Shown here one piece after another: positions 11,401 to 24,105 of a DNA stretch of 54,745 nt. The stretch's first letter is position 1, and the number at the start of each line of letters is the position of its first letter. Made by a program: the position numbers and the translations under genes. This stretch comes from Prorocentrum cordatum (Eukaryota), in contig CAUYUJ010000219.1 of assembly GCA_963575745.1 (NCBI GenBank), positions 62,001 through 116,745 of the forward strand. Direction: 5' to 3'. The notes below the pieces were generated by a model. It saw only the letters and a program-made list of their open reading frames with translations. It did not search any database and had not been told where the DNA came from.

Positions 11401-12890
11401 AAACCCAGCGGCGCCGTCGAGGACGATACCGTGGTCGAGCTACCCGGCTGCACTCGCAACGCGTTCGAGCCCATGGACCCTGCCCAAGAGATCGCGTGGC
11501 AGAAGTGGTGGCGCACAAAGGCGGAGCAAGCCCAGCTGCATTGGCCTGCTGACCTGGTGAACGCCCCCCCAGGCTGAGTGTTGCTGAGCTGTAGAAGGTG
11601 GTGCGGTCATTACGAAAGCCTCGGCCTTTTTTGGTAGGTGGATCTCTCAAGCTCTCCGCCGCCTCTGGCGGTGTGCGCTGCGAGCAGGAACGCAGCAAGG
11701 CCACATGAAAAAGCGCGGCATTGACAGTGTAGCTCCGCACACGTGACAAATCTTAACGAGCAGGAGCACAGCAAAGCCCCGGCAGTTCGGCAGTTCGAAG
11801 AGCTGTGCGACGAGGCGCGGGAGGTGTGGTCCTCGAGGTCCCCGTGGCGGTAGGGCGCGGTCCGAACTGGCATGAGCTCACCACCAAGGTCTGCTTCACC
11901 CAGAAGCGCTTTGGGGGAGGTGCGGTCCATTGCGCTCGTCCTGTCGCCTGCGAGTATCCAAGCACGGACAAGGGCATGTTGCTCGTGATTTGGAGCAGCG
12001 CAGCGACAGGCCCTACATGGTGGGCGATGGCCGGTCGCAGCTGCGAGCGTGTGGTCTGGCACCAGCCCTGCCGTTCGCGAGTGTGCCGCACAGCGAGGGA
12101 AGGGTTCTGACGATCCTGAAGCCTGGGTGGCAGTGGCGGTGCTGCTGGACCTGCTCAAGGCCTTCGATCAAGTGCGCCACCACTGGCTTCTGGAGGCGAC
12201 GCAGGAGTCTGGCTTCCCCGTTTGGCAGCTCAAGCTGCAGACCCGGACCTGTACTGCGTGCCGAGAGGTCTCCGCCTGGACAGTGCCACTTCGGACGAGA
12301 TCCTGACGAGGCGTTCGGTGCTGCCTGGTGATGGCTTCGCCACGTGCCTCCTGAAGCTCATGCTCATCGCCCCACTGGATCGCTTGACGACAGCCAATCG
12401 CACGATCTCTTTGGCGGTGGTGGTGGACGACCTCCTGCGGCACAGACTTGGTGGTATGGTACCGGTCACGCATGAAGCTGCGGGCGCTGCCTTCCAGCTG
12501 AAGCCGCCGTTTCTTGAGGTGGACCACAACATGGCGGTCAAGAAATCCCGTGCGCTATCCAATGCGCCGGGTGCGCGCGCTGAGCCTCAAGCTCGGCTCT
12601 GGAGGCCCCCTTGGCGCGAAGGCCGCGCGCGGTGAGGGAAGCCTCGACGTGGACGCTGCGCGCGGCAAGAAAATGGTCGAGAAAATCAGGCAGGACAAGA
12701 TCGTCCAGGCCGGCCTGAGGATGAGGCGCGTGCGCCTGCTCAAGAGAGGAGCTGGCCGCAAGAAGGCGGTGCGCAGGGTGGCCAGGCCGAGCATCGAAGT
12801 TAGTGTGTCAGGAGCTGTCTGGCCATGGAGCTCGACGATCTGAGGTCCCTGGTCTTCGCGGCTGTTGCTCCAAGCACGGCAGGCGGGTCC
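8500..12890 (+). mobile_element. Decayed non-LTR retrotransposon: ORF1 with zinc finger, APE-like endonuclease and RT; 3' end lost
   Basis: WRCSCCSYRSLGFRGQCSQAGC (RanBP2-like finger). GLPYVVGGGINV and RSINLFMV (decayed GDFN/IDY motifs). VLLDLLKAFDQVRH, RSVLPGDGFATCLLK and LAVVVDDL (RT motifs). Many frameshifts. Confidence 0.85.
9145..9330 (+). mobile_element. CCCAGAC-family MITE inserted in the LINE ORF1, 2-bp TSD (AA)
   Basis: aa|cccagac ... gtgtggg|aa. Subterminal palindromes cgtcatga-N5-tcat(t/g)ac at 9158-9178 and 9296-9316. Confidence 0.8.
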
Positions 12891-13068
12891 CGTACGCTCA
12901 CCCTCCCCCTCTCCTCCTCCTCCTCCTCCTGCTCCTCCTCCTCCTCCTCCTCCTCTTCCTCCTCTTCCTCCTCCTCCTCCTCCTCCTCCTCCTCCTCGTC
13001 CTCCTCCTCCTCCTCCTCCTCCTCCTCCTCCTCCTCCTCCGCGGTGCCCGCGGCCCCAGCCGAGGCGC

Positions 13069-13128
13069 TGAGGCGGCGGCGGGGTACGCGGACCAGAGCG
13101 CCTGCGCCCATGGCGGCGACTGCGCCGC
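13069..13128 (-). CDS. Probable downstream exon of the TIP30-like gene (3' boundary uncertain)
   Basis: gccgcag|GCG..: AAQSPPWAQALWSAYPAAAS. Phase 0 fits the GCG|GT donor at 23976. It is a GC island inside microsatellite, like the other exons. Confidence 0.45.
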
Positions 13129-13207
13129 CTGCGGCCCCCCCCCACGCCCCCCGCCCCAAGGGCGCCTTGTTGCCGAGGGGGCGAGGGGCCAAGACACATC
13201 GAGCAAT

Positions 13208-13610
13208 GAGGAGGGAGGAGGAGGAGGAGGAATAGGAGGAGGAGGAGGAGGAGGAGGAGGAGGAAGAGGAGGAGAAATGGAAACCTACGACTCATCAGCG
13301 ATGTCGGACAAATCCTCCAAGCTCGCTCCTCATAGACCCAAGAGGGGGAGGAGGAGGAGGAGGAGGAGGAGGAGGAGGAGGAGGAGGAGGAGGACGAGGA
13401 GGAGGAGGAGGAGGAGGACGAGGAGGACCAGTGGAAACCCACGACTCATCAACGATGTCGGAATAACCCTCCAAGCTCCCTCCTCATAGGCCCAGGAGGG
13501 GGAGGAGGAGGAGGAGGAGGAGGAGGAGGAGGAGGAGGAGGAGGAGGAGGAGGAGGAGGAGGAAGAGGAGGAGGAGGAGGAGGAGGACGAGGAGGAGGAG
13601 GAGGAGGATT
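13208..13610. repeat. (GAG)n array with two copies of an approximately 70-bp unit
   Basis: ggaaacc(t/c)acgactcatca(g/a)cgatgtcgga..tccaagctc..tcctcatag..ccca at about 13278 and about 13432. Confidence 0.8.
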
Positions 13611-13619
13611 TTTTTGAGC

Positions 13620-16600
13620 TCAACAGCTCCTCTCCACCAGAAATAGTGAGCAGACCAGTGGCGGTGGGGGACAGCAGCCTGCTTTAAACAAAAGGCCTAG
13701 CAATTAAATACCTGCATCACGTTGCCTGTATGTACTTAAACCCCGCGGCGATTCCACTGGGGATGAAGGCCCTTGCTGCACAAAGTATTCCAACCAGTGC
13801 GAGTAGCTTTCGTCGGAGCTGTACAAACATCTCCCAGGCCACGAACACTCATTCCAGACGAGTGGCAGTAGCACTGTATGCAAATGAATAAGACACTGGA
13901 GTCTGAGCAATCAAACGCAATGGTTTTGTGGCCCAAGGAATCCAAGCGAACCGAATCTAGCTTGCTCGAACCGGGGCAAATCCCGGGAGCCGGCCGAGAG
14001 GCGGCAGCTCTCGTTCCGCGAAGACACACTTCACAGCGCCAGGCTCCAGCCCAGCGCCTCTATTGATGGCAACGGCCAGGAGAGGCAGGAGGAGACTTTA
14101 AAAGCTCAACTTCTGAGAGGTCGAGGGGCTCCCAAAGGTGAAGGAGGCTCGACGCTAAACGAATCACAGACCGAGCAATGCGAACGGAGCGATCGATCAC
14201 CTCCAGGGCATCATCGTCCCTGGGGTGCAGACGGACCGCGTGCTTTGCGCCCGCATCGGCATGCTGATTCCCAAGCCGCCTCCACTGCTTCCCACTATCG
14301 GTGCCAGGCTCGTGTACGTCCTTATGAGCCGCGGCTTTCTCGCAGACGAGGACGGAGGACGCAGAGGAGTAGCACTGCAGCAGAGCACCAGCATAGACCC
14401 TTTTACCCGAGAGCTGTTCATCTCTTGGTAGGCCTGCCATCTTGACTACGTTGCTACAGTCAGACCAGGCCTTGGCCTCACCTTCGGAGGCAAGCAAATG
14501 GGCCCACGTGTAAACAGAGAACCCGGCAGACTGGGGAGTCTGGGGATAAACTGCCCAGACAGGAGCTCTGAGTTCAGCCAAACACGAACCAGAATGATCA
14601 ACCATAACCACACAGGACGCGGCTCGAGACAATTCACGGATGGGATGGCGGCAGCATGAGCCGTCTATGTACAGGCTGCCCCAAAAAACCCTGCCCGGAG
14701 CACCACCTGAGGGGGAGACAAGATCCTTCACGTGCCACTTAATGATTGGACCTTCATCTTCCTTACAGGGCTTGGGGTAGGCATCCGCTGGGTGAGCGAA
14801 AGCTCCCTAAAAAAATACGGGAAGAGGTCATCTCCCTGCTCTTCGGCCTGAAGGGCCCACGCGAGAACCTCCTCATCAACAGTCGATGCACGAATGGTGG
14901 CAACAGAACTGTGGGGGCAAGTCCATAGACGATGAAAGACCGTGTCTGGACGCCCGCAGAGAGGACACTCCACAGTAATCTGATAGCCAAGTTGGCGCGC
15001 ACGCTCCCGAGTGAAGAAGGCCTCCGTGGCGAAAGTTCTGACCCTGGCTTTGTCCAAAGCCGAGAATGTCTTGCTGGCAAAAGGCTTCTTCTATTATGTC
15101 ATAACAAATGCGGTTCTTGACGCCACGTTTAGCAGCCGAGTCACGCTCCAGCATACGCAAGTAAGCCTCCCGGCAAAGGAGCTTGACGAGAGCAGGAGAG
15201 AGGATACCCAACGGCAGACTGTGGCCCCGATCGTCGCGAATCGTCATAAAATCTAACATAACCCAGCCAAGGCGGGAGAGAGACATCCTAAGCGCGCTGA
15301 TGGGCCCGGCAACAGAGCGCCACGAACACGAATCATGCTGAAAGACACTGTTCCAAGCCCTGCGCAAAGAAGGAAGATCCAGAGACCATCTGAAAGCGGC
15401 CGTCTGAGCAAGCCACACTTCCTTAGCCCAACGAACAATAGGGCTACAGGCAGTGCGCCAACAGGGGTCATTGTCCAAGATAGCAGAAGTGGTGAGAGAG
15501 CGGAGACGGGAGGAGGGACGGACAGTGGAGAAGAGCAGACGACGGAGGAGGAGGAGATCATGGTCAGAAGTCCCCGTAATTTCACTCCCATAGCTCGCTC
15601 CCGCTAACGGGCCCGGCGAAAAAACCTTGATGATGGCGCTCCGCTTCAACATCTAATTTTGCTTCTTGAGGCGGGTTGCCTTCCTGCCGGCAGCTGCGAT
15701 CCTAGCTTTGAGCTTGGCCGAACGGCCTCCAACTCTGAGCGCGCGACCGGCAGTGTAGTCGACGCCTAAGTTGATGGCCGTGGAAGAGTGCGACGGGCAA
15801 AAATCGGCAGACGTGAAGACACCTGTTCCCCCACATGCTTGGATTGGAGGAAGCAACGAGGCAGGTTTTCTCCATGGCAAAGCCACAACCCAAAACGCCT
15901 TCAACAATCGTGTGAGGATCCTTCGCCCCAGCAACAATCGAATCGATGACCTTCTGAGGGGGGCCAGTGGCCGAAAGGCCCTGATCGTCGATATAGACGT
16001 CCAAGTCAAGCGAAGGCTGAGGCTGCAAACGATCATACCCTTCCATACCGTGCACGCGTATAAACGTGGTGGCAAAAGAGCACCCTGCCACAACGCCTCG
16101 CTGCACAAAGTAAGGACCCTCGACCCAGCCTCCCAAGCAAAGAAAACGAAAGCAACGATAAGCAAAAAGGGCAACTCTGGCCAGCACAGTGGGGAAGCCA
16201 TGACACTCACAGCGAGACTCGAGAGCATCGAGCGAAATATTCTCGTAGAATTTCCGAAGATCGAAAAATATGCTGCAAGAGGCCTGGCCACGAGCTACGC
16301 CCGCTTCAGACTGCACGGATTGACGCCAGACCACGTCCGCTGCTCCACGATGACGTCCAGCGGCCCAGTACCTCCTAGGATGTTGCTGCTCCCAGTGCAA
16401 GGGCATGGGGCGCCTGAGGCGACCCCATACCCTGTACCATGAGCAGAACACCCCAATCGGCCTGTAGCCGCCGGAAGGCTTCGGGAGCAACGCCAACCGG
16501 GCCACCGAGATCTGAGGCGGCAAGACTCCAAGAGACTCAATCAGGGCGAACACCATGCTGAGACACTCCAGGGCCGCATCTCCGAGCAACGCAAAGTGGC

Positions 16601-16900
16601 GACAGTGAAAACCGTCTAACGAAACAGCCGAATCCTTCTTGTACCGGCGAGAGACGGCGCGAATCTCTTCCGCCGAGAGCCTGGGCAAAGGGTCCAGGAC
16701 CTTGCCAGAAGGAGAAGCACCACTACCATTACCCCAGAGGCTGGAAAACTTGGTCCCCTCGTCTTTGAGTAAGGAAAGGGGGTCGGCAACGATGCAACCC
16801 TTGGCGCTGAGGGTCGAGGATGGGGTCCACGGGGTGGGGTCCCTAATGATTTGATGGACGCGTCGCGATCCATTCTCAATGCCAACGTGGAGCCACGCTG
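13620..16900 (-). mobile_element. Non-LTR retrotransposon ORF2 relic: RT + zinc finger + RNase H + C-terminal Cys region
   Basis: LLPKPSGGYRPIG, FFDLRKFYE, RGVVAGCSFAT, VYIDD (RT). CPLCGRPDTVFHRLWTCPH. LYIDGSC..QTPQSAG..WSDCSNVV..KAAAH..GNQHADAGAK (RNase H). Several frameshifts. Confidence 0.93.
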
Positions 16901-16902
16901 GA

Positions 16903-17935
16903 AGGAGGAGGAGGAGGAGGAGGAGGAGGAGGGAGAGAGAGAGAGAGTGAGAGAGAGAGGAGGAGGAGGAGGAGAGGAGGAGGAGGAGGAGGAGGAGGAG
17001 GAGGAGGAGGAGGAGGCTAGACTCGACCCAAAAGGGTCTTGCACACGAATTCGACCCTCGGGACCACCCAAGCCTCCCAGACTCAGCCCCAGCCAGGCAT
17101 GGCCGCGCCAGGGGCAACGCTTGAGAGGTCGAGGGGATCCTCGGGGCCCGAAACACCACGGGCCCTACGGGCTTGGGCCTCAGCCCTGGCCTCCAGGGCT
17201 CTGGACCCCAACCGCTGGGCCTCTGCCAGCTGAACCCCGAAAGAAGACAAGACTTCCAGGACGCTGGGCCTCTTAGGGCCAGCCGTCGGAGGGGAGGAGG
17301 AGGAGGAGGAGGAGGAGGGAGGAGGAGGAGGAGGAGGAGGAGGAGGAGGAGGAGGAGGAGGAGGAGGAGGAGGAGGAGGAGGAGAGGAGGAGAGGAGGAG
17401 GAGGGAGGAGGGAGGAGGAGGAGGAGGAGGGGAGGAGGAGGAGGAGGAGGAGGAGGAGGAGGAGGAGGAGGAGGAGGAGGAGGATGAGGAGGAGGAGGGG
17501 AGGAGGAGGAGGAAGGAGGAGGAGGAGGAGGAGGAGGAGGAGGAGGAGGAGGAGGAGGAGGAGGAGGAGGAGGAGGAGGACGAGGAGGAGGAGGAGGAGG
17601 CGGAGGAGGAGGAGGAGGAGGAGGAGGAGGACGAGGAGGAGGAGGAGGAGGAGAGGGGGAGGAGGAGGAGGAGGAGGAGGAGGAGGAGGAGGAGGAGGAG
17701 GAGGAGGGGAGGAGGAGGAGGAGGAGGAGGAGAGGAGAGGTAGGAGGAGGAGGAGGGAGGAGGAGGAGGAGGAGGAGGAGGAGGAGGAAGGAGGAGGAGG
17801 AGAGGAGAAGGAGGAGAGGAGCGAGGGGAGGAGGGAGGGAGGGAGGGAGGGAGGGAGGGAGAAGGAGGAGGAGGAGGAGGAGGAGGAGGAGGAGGAGGAG
17901 GAGGAGAATGAGGAGAGAGAGAGAAGAAGAGAAGA
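16903..17935. repeat. (GGA)n arrays enclosing a probable 3' fragment of another LINE (about 17020-17285, minus strand)
   Basis: The simple repeats are visible. The internal island reads ..AQRLGSRALEARAEAQARR..-stop followed by a short tail ending at (TCC)n. Confidence 0.7.
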
Positions 17936-17939
17936 GTTG

Positions 17940-18082
17940 TTCGCTGTGCCCGGCCTCTGCGGGCCCATCTACCGGGCCTCGGGACCGTAAAAAAGACAAA
18001 GGACGGAAAACTGGTCCCAGGTAATGGGTCGATACTTCCAGGGGTCGACGATACGAACAAATCATGACGTCGGGGGTCTGGA
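17940..18082 (-). mobile_element. CCCAGAC-family MITE, truncated
   Basis: The reverse complement tccagac ccccga cgtcatga tttgt tcgtatcg and the core match 9145-9330. Confidence 0.7.
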
Positions 18083-18329
18083 GAGTGAGGAGGCAAGGGA
18101 GAAACGCCGCCGCCGCCCTCACCAATGCCCTCCTGGAGGCATCCCGCGTGGGTCCGCGGAGGTGTTTCCCAGCCCTCTTGTGGCGGGCACTCGGTTGGAA
18201 AAGAACACTGGTTCTCCGTCCTCCCTTCCTTCCCGTCTGGCGCCCCACCTCTCCTCCCGCCTCCTCCTCCTCGTCCTATTCGCCCGCCTCCTGCCTGCTG
18301 CCTCCCACCCGTCTCCTGCTCCCTGTTTG

Positions 18330-19400
18330 GGTTGCCATCTGGCGGCGCCTGCGCACCAGTCGCCACTTTCGTCGGCGCCCAGGGGCCCAGCGGAATGCTG
18401 TTTTATTCGCAACCAAACTCGACGTGACGTGTTTGGGTGGTGCCAACTGCGCAAGTGTCGCCTCATTCATGAGCTTCTGGGCACTAGCGGAGCGCGATGG
18501 TACGACATACCAGAACTTCTACGCTCCTCCCTGGGTGTTGCAAATTGCCCGACTGTCGCCCCGTTCGTGAGTCGCTGGGGGCCCAACGGGCGGCGATCCG
18601 GACGCAAACCAGACGTCGCCACCCTGCTTGGCGCCACTGGTAAAACTGTCGCCACTTTCCTGAAGAGGAGCGAGATCTCATTCGGAGCCAAACTTGGCCT
18701 GCGCAGCTGTCGCCACTCTTGTCAGTTCCTGGGTGTCCATCGGAGGGAGGCCCCAGTCAGACCCAACACAGACCTCGCCTCCTTGGGTGGTACCAAGCTT
18801 GTAACTGTCGCCGTGTCCGTGAGCTTGTGGAGGTCCATCGAAGTGCGGTCCTACGCGGATCTGAAACCACTCGCATAGCAAACGAAAACCTCAGTCTCAG
18901 GGCAGGGGGGGGCGACAATGTGGGGCTCAAGAAATACCAAACGTTCAATACGTGTCGTTCCTTGTTAGTTGTTTCAACACTGGCTTTTCCAGAAAGGACT
19001 TCGGCTCCAGAGCATCTCAAGACCTCGGTAGAGCGGTGTCTTCAGTGACCTCGTGCGCTTCCTCCTTTCACTGGAAGCTGGTGCTTTCAGCAGCCTGGGT
19101 AGCAAGTGCCCTGGAATCCTTGAGCCGAGCTCGGGCAAATCGAATCAAGTCGTCAAACGATCGAGGTGGCTGGCATGGCTTTCTGGTAATGAAACAGTCG
19201 AACCTCTGAAAGTCGTGGTGCGAAAGGTCGGTCCATGTTCACTGGGCTCCAATCGAAGCGTCAAGCAACATGAGCACGCATGGGGGAGCTTTAAAGAGCG
19301 ACCGGAGGAGGTAGCGAAGGCGATCGGAAATAAGGACGGTATTGAGAGGAAGGCGGTCAACCTCTTCGTACAACTGTCTGGTTGAGATGCCATCTGCCAT
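18330..19400 (-). mobile_element. Probable 5' part (ORF1/endonuclease relic) of the 13620-16900 LINE
   Basis: Same strand, upstream position and lower GC. Only decayed APE-like peptide fragments remain. Confidence 0.45.
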
Positions 19401-20389
19401 GTTGCTACGGCGCTAGATTGAGGGCCACCCTGAAAATTACGTTCGTTGGGTATAGACGCCGTTTGATGTCAAGCCGGTGGCGGCCTAGCGGCAAATCGTG
19501 GAAAATAGCGGCAGTTAGCGGCGATTGGCAGCCGCGTGCGGCGATTGGCAAAACGTCTGAACCATCATCGTCCTGTTCCTCCTTTCCTCCAGGTCGTCAT
19601 CGTTATCCATCTTCTTATCCTGCGACTTCGTCCTCATCTTCATCATCCGCCCTGTTCTCGTAGACATGTCCCTGCTCCTCCTCCTCTTCCCTCCTTCCCT
19701 CCTTCCCTCCTTGCCACAATCTCCCTCTTCCACCTCCGTCTTTCTCCACTTCCTCCTCCCCCTCCCTCCTCTCAACGTCGTCACCGTCGCCGTCGCCGCC
19801 GCCACCGTCGTCGCCACCGCCGCCTCCTCCTCGATGCCACATTCGAAGTCCTCGTTTTCCTCCCCTGCCCCCCCCCCCCCCCCGCGCGGGCGCTGCGCGG
19901 GTTCGCGGGCTCCAAGGGAGCCTGGGATGACCGCAAAGGCGCCCCCAAAATACCCACCAAACCGCGCACGTACTTGACATGCGCCTTGGTGGGCCATCAA
20001 ACGACACGCGCCTTGGGGCTTCATTGGGCCAGTCTTGGGGCCCTGTCGGAGCACCTTCTTGGTGCTCACAGGCCGTCTCCGAAGGCTCCCGAAAGCCCTG
20101 CAAGGCCAACGGGCGGGCCCAGCACACACCCTGAACCGCATATACGTGACATGCATATTGGGCTTGCCTATGGGGGGGCACCCACATAAATACACGTCGT
20201 TGATTTATGATCGTGCTCACTTCTAATTGTGCTCGTTTCTATTTGTTCCTGGCCCTCTAGTGCCCAGGAAGAGGCCCAGGACAGACGAATTAGAAATGAA
20301 AGGATCTTGCCCCCCCCAAACAATCAAAGAACCTTCGAAGAATTATAAGTGAACCATGTGAATGTCTTGCAGCCCTCGTGGGGCCCTCA

Positions 20390-22260
20390 CGGGGCCCATC
20401 ACAACACTCCCAGGCCGCCTTGGAAGGTAAAAACATTAAAAACAAAAAACAACAAGAAAAAAACACTGACGGTTTCGCGGGGGCCCAAGCCACACGTGCG
20501 TGGCGTGCTTCTTGATGCCTGCCAGAGGCGTGCCCGAATGCATGCGCCGTGGGGCCCAAGTGCCCCCACAAGATCGCCCAAGAGGCCCAAGACGGCCCCC
20601 AAGAGGCCCCAAAGACGGCCCAAGAGGCCTCCAAGACGCTCAAGATGGCCTCCAAGACGGCCCAAGAGCCCTCCTCTTGGGGCCCTCTGGGCACCCACCT
20701 TGGCACCTCCAGGCCGCCGCGGAAAGCTCCGGCGCGGCCCACCGAAGCCCGCAGAGGGGCCCCGAGAGCCGCGGTGCCGAGCTTCGGTGGAGGCTGCAGT
20801 CGATCGGCGGGGGTGGAGATGCTGGAAGCTGGCTGCCGGGGGCGGGAGGTCGGGCTGCCGAGCCGGCAGGGGTTGGAGGTCGACGGGCGGCAGTGGGAGT
20901 GGAAGGTCGCAGGCCGGAGGGCGGAGCTCGGCGTGGCAGGCGGGCGGAGCCTGGGAGTCGAAGGGTGGAGGTGGTGGTGGGAAGCAAGATGTTGGAGGCG
21001 GGGGGGGGGTGGGGTGCTGCGCTGGTGGAAGATGGAGGTCGATGGGCGGAGGTGGAAGTGCAGGTGAGGAGTCGGATGTTGGAGGGTTGAGGTCGGAGTG
21101 CCGAGCTGGCGGAGGCTGAAGTGCGACCGGTCGAGGTGGGAGTTGGGCGTCGGATGTTCGCGGCTGCAGGCTGGGCGGTGGGACGTCAGCATGCGCGAGC
21201 TGGATGTCGGAAGATGGAGATCGGAACTTGGGCGCGTCAGAGGACGGGTCGAAAGCCAGGGATTCGCGCCGGAACTGGAATCGGACGTTGAAGGTGGGAG
21301 ATCGGCGCGAACGGGTCGACGCATTGAAGAGGCACTAGCATCTTTGCACCGAGCCCCTGCGATGCCGTCGCGGCAGTAACTAGTGGGCGATCTACACACC
21401 CAAAGACTCTGCGTTGAACTGTAGGTCGGAATTGGAGGTCGGAAGCTGGATGAGAAAGATGAGAAATTTTGAGAACCGATAGCTGGAGGTGAAACTGGGA
21501 GTTCGAACCAATCGGATGAATCTGGGATGGTGCAGGCTGGAAGGCGCGGGGTGGAGGTCGAGCGCCGCCAGCGTAGGAGTGGGGGTCGGAACGCACAGAA
21601 AGGTTGGGCTCTGCAGCTGGTGGCCGGAGCTGGGCCGGTGGAGGCCGGGGGTCCCGAGTCGCCCATGCAGAGATGCACCGGCAATCCTCGGAAAGCCTGG
21701 TGTCACAGAGGGAGGTGATGGCGTGAGATGGAGGCCATTACCATGAATACCACGTCGGTCGGAAGAAGTCGGTAGGAGCATGAAGCAGGAGGGCGGATGT
21801 AGTGGATGGGGTCCAGGTCCTCCCAGAGGAACAACAAAACACAGCAAAAAAGCATGTCGATCCTTGAAGTAGGAAGGCGCTTGAAGTAGATTGGGATCTG
21901 GGAGTCCAAAAATACCTACTTTCAACGACTGGCGTGTGCAGATCGACGGAGGCTGGAGGTCGGATGCTGGAGGCTGGAGGTCGGATGGCTGAGCTGTTGG
22001 ACGGCGCGCGTCGTTAGGTGGAGGTGGAAGTGGGATGTCGGATGCTGGCGGTTGGAGGTCGGAGTGGCGAACTGGTGGAGGCCGGAAATCAACGGATAGG
22101 GTGGGAAAACGAAATCGGGTGCTGGAGGCTGGGAGTCGGATTGCTGAGTTTTGGTGGAGGCCAGTGCCGACACGGGGAAGACTGGAGGTCGATGGGTGGA
22201 GGCGGAAGGTGGGAGTCGGAAGCAGTCCGGAAATTCGTGAACTGCCAAACCGCTGTCGGT
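20390..22260. repeat. GGCCCCAAGA-repeat fragment (about 20560-20690) followed by a degenerate GGAGGTCGGA array, including a dispersed repeat (about 21820-21935) shared with about 43430-43550
   Basis: Motifs are visible. gtaggaaggcgct(t/c)gaag(t/c)agattgggatc occurs at both loci. Confidence 0.7.
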
Positions 22261-22479
22261 AGTAGAGACTTTGGCCACACCCGTAGAAACACGATCATAC
22301 ATATTCGTGGCCGTAGGGTTTAGCGCATTGTTAGGGGTGGCCGTAGCCGTGGGGATGTCGATAGCTTTGCCCGCATTCTCCATGCCCCCAAATACAGAAT
22401 CTATGGCGTTCACCGGTGCGTCTCGGGCACTGCCAGGGGTTGCAAGTGCCCGCCGCGTGTCCAAGGCGGTTAGTTAGAC

Positions 22480-23470
22480 TGTCATTTTGCGCTGCTTCTC
22501 AGGTTATGAGAAGCTCGTTGGACATTCCCGTCGCACGTCTTTGTCGGCTATATTATCGTGTCGTTGTTGGGTAAGTCCTTCCATTCGGCCCCTTCCCCCG
22601 CAGCCCACTCACGGATGACCCTGCCTTCGTCGATCTTCACACTGAGGGCGAATTACCCGCCCACTGTGACCGCGTATGGCTGTTCAGTGTCATCATCACG
22701 GATGGGGAAAGTTAGGTTCACGGGATCCTTCAGTGAGTACTTGATAATTAAAGCAACACTTGCGCGCAGCCAATACTAATGGTGGGCGTTCATTTGTAGC
22801 CCAAGTCTGCTGTCCGCATTTGCTGATTTTGGTACTTCGAAGCTGGCCAACCACTATCGTTGAAATCTCCCTTGCAGTGGGTGTTGATTGGCATTGGCGC
22901 GCCTGGACGTAATAGTTCGTGTTTGATCCAAACGCTCGCAGACTCCAGAGTGTCGAAGTCGTCGACGTTGCCCATGACGGCAGTGATGTTCCGTTTGTGT
23001 ATGATGTTGTTGGTGCCGTGGGTTGCAGGTGTTGTCGGACGCGCTGGAGTACCTCGCAGATGCTTCAGTGCTTTGATGTCCATCTCCAGTAGTTGCAGTA
23101 GCTTGGCGTTGGTAGTGGAATCCGCTGTCAATGCGGATGTTGCTGATGACGACTGGGACGATGTTCCCAATGCTGATACACGTTCGGTGACGTCGTCGAT
23201 GCGTACTTTGAAAGGGTTCACTACTGTGGTAAGGTCCTGTCGCGATGTCCCATGTTTATTGATGGATGTGATGTCGCGTCGGACCAGTTCCAGCTGCTTG
23301 TTTAAGATGGCATTTGAATGTCTCTGCAGCGATGGCTGCGCCAGGAACCACGTTAGTGCCCTCTTGTTGTTAATTCATGCCTGCGTCATTCAGCCGCTGC
23401 TCAAAGAGTGCCCGACCCGAGTTTTCACCTGCTTCGTCGACCTTGAGCGGCGAGATGCCAATGCGAGCCA
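22480..23470 (-). mobile_element. Decayed retroelement ORF1-like relic
   Basis: Lower-GC island. Coiled-coil-like segment followed by TAVMGNVDDFDTLESASVWIKHEL..HCKGDF, with stops. The assignment rests on resemblance only. Confidence 0.4.
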
Positions 23471-23975
23471 CTTTGTGGGATGGTTCGAGAAAGAGGAACG
23501 AGGAGCGAGGAGGAGCGAGGAGGAGCGAGGAGCAGGAGGAGGAGGAGGAGGAGGAGCGAGGAGGAGGAGGAGGGGGAGGGTCGGAGGAGGAGGAGGAGGA
23601 GGAGGAGGAGGGGCGAGGACCTGGGGAGACAAGGGCGGCAGCCCTCCCCCCGATGGGCTACAGGGGCCTCGGTTTTAAAAGTGTTGCTGCAACGCCCCCC
23701 TCCTGATGCACGCTGGCCAAATGAACCATCTCGAACGCGACTGCCATCTTTTGTCGATGTGACAGGAACGACTGCAAGAGGGAGGGCGAGGTCGTCCATC
23801 GTGACGTCGTTGCCATGATTGTCTTTTCTCTTCCCCCTCCTTCTCCGCCTCCTCCTCCTGCTCCTCCTCCTCCTCCTCCTCCTTTCTCTCCTCCTCCTCC
23901 TCCTCCTCCTCCTCCTCCTCCTCCTCCTTCTCCTCCTCCTCCCCCTCTACCCCCCTCGTCGCCCCCCGACAGCAC

Positions 23976-24041
23976 CGCGATCGGACGCCCGTCTCCGTCC
24001 ACAGCGGCGGCGGGCCGGAAGAGCGACACGCGCGTGAACTC
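23976..24041 (-). CDS. TIP30/HTATIP2-like gene exon
   Basis: ggccag|GAG: EFTRVSLFRPAAAVDGDGRPIA (the F.R.S.FRP motif of TIP30-like SDRs). GCG|GT donor. Confidence 0.8.
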
Positions 24042-24105
24042 CTGGCCCACCCGGCGCCCAAAAGCAGGAGAAGGAGGAAGGCCAGGAGGAGGACGGAGGA
24101 CGGGA

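Noticed and set aside
12090..12440. Retron, DGR or group II intron RT with an atypical VVDD motif
   Set aside because: It lies downstream of ORF1 and APE-like relics in a frameshifted LINE. There is no ncRNA, TR/VR pair or intron structure, and VVDD may simply be decay.
15702..18248. 848-aa ORF joining poly-Leu/Pro/Ser to a reverse transcriptase
   Set aside because: This is chance read-through of (TCC)n microsatellite, a MITE and a LINE fragment into the RT relic, not a real fusion protein.
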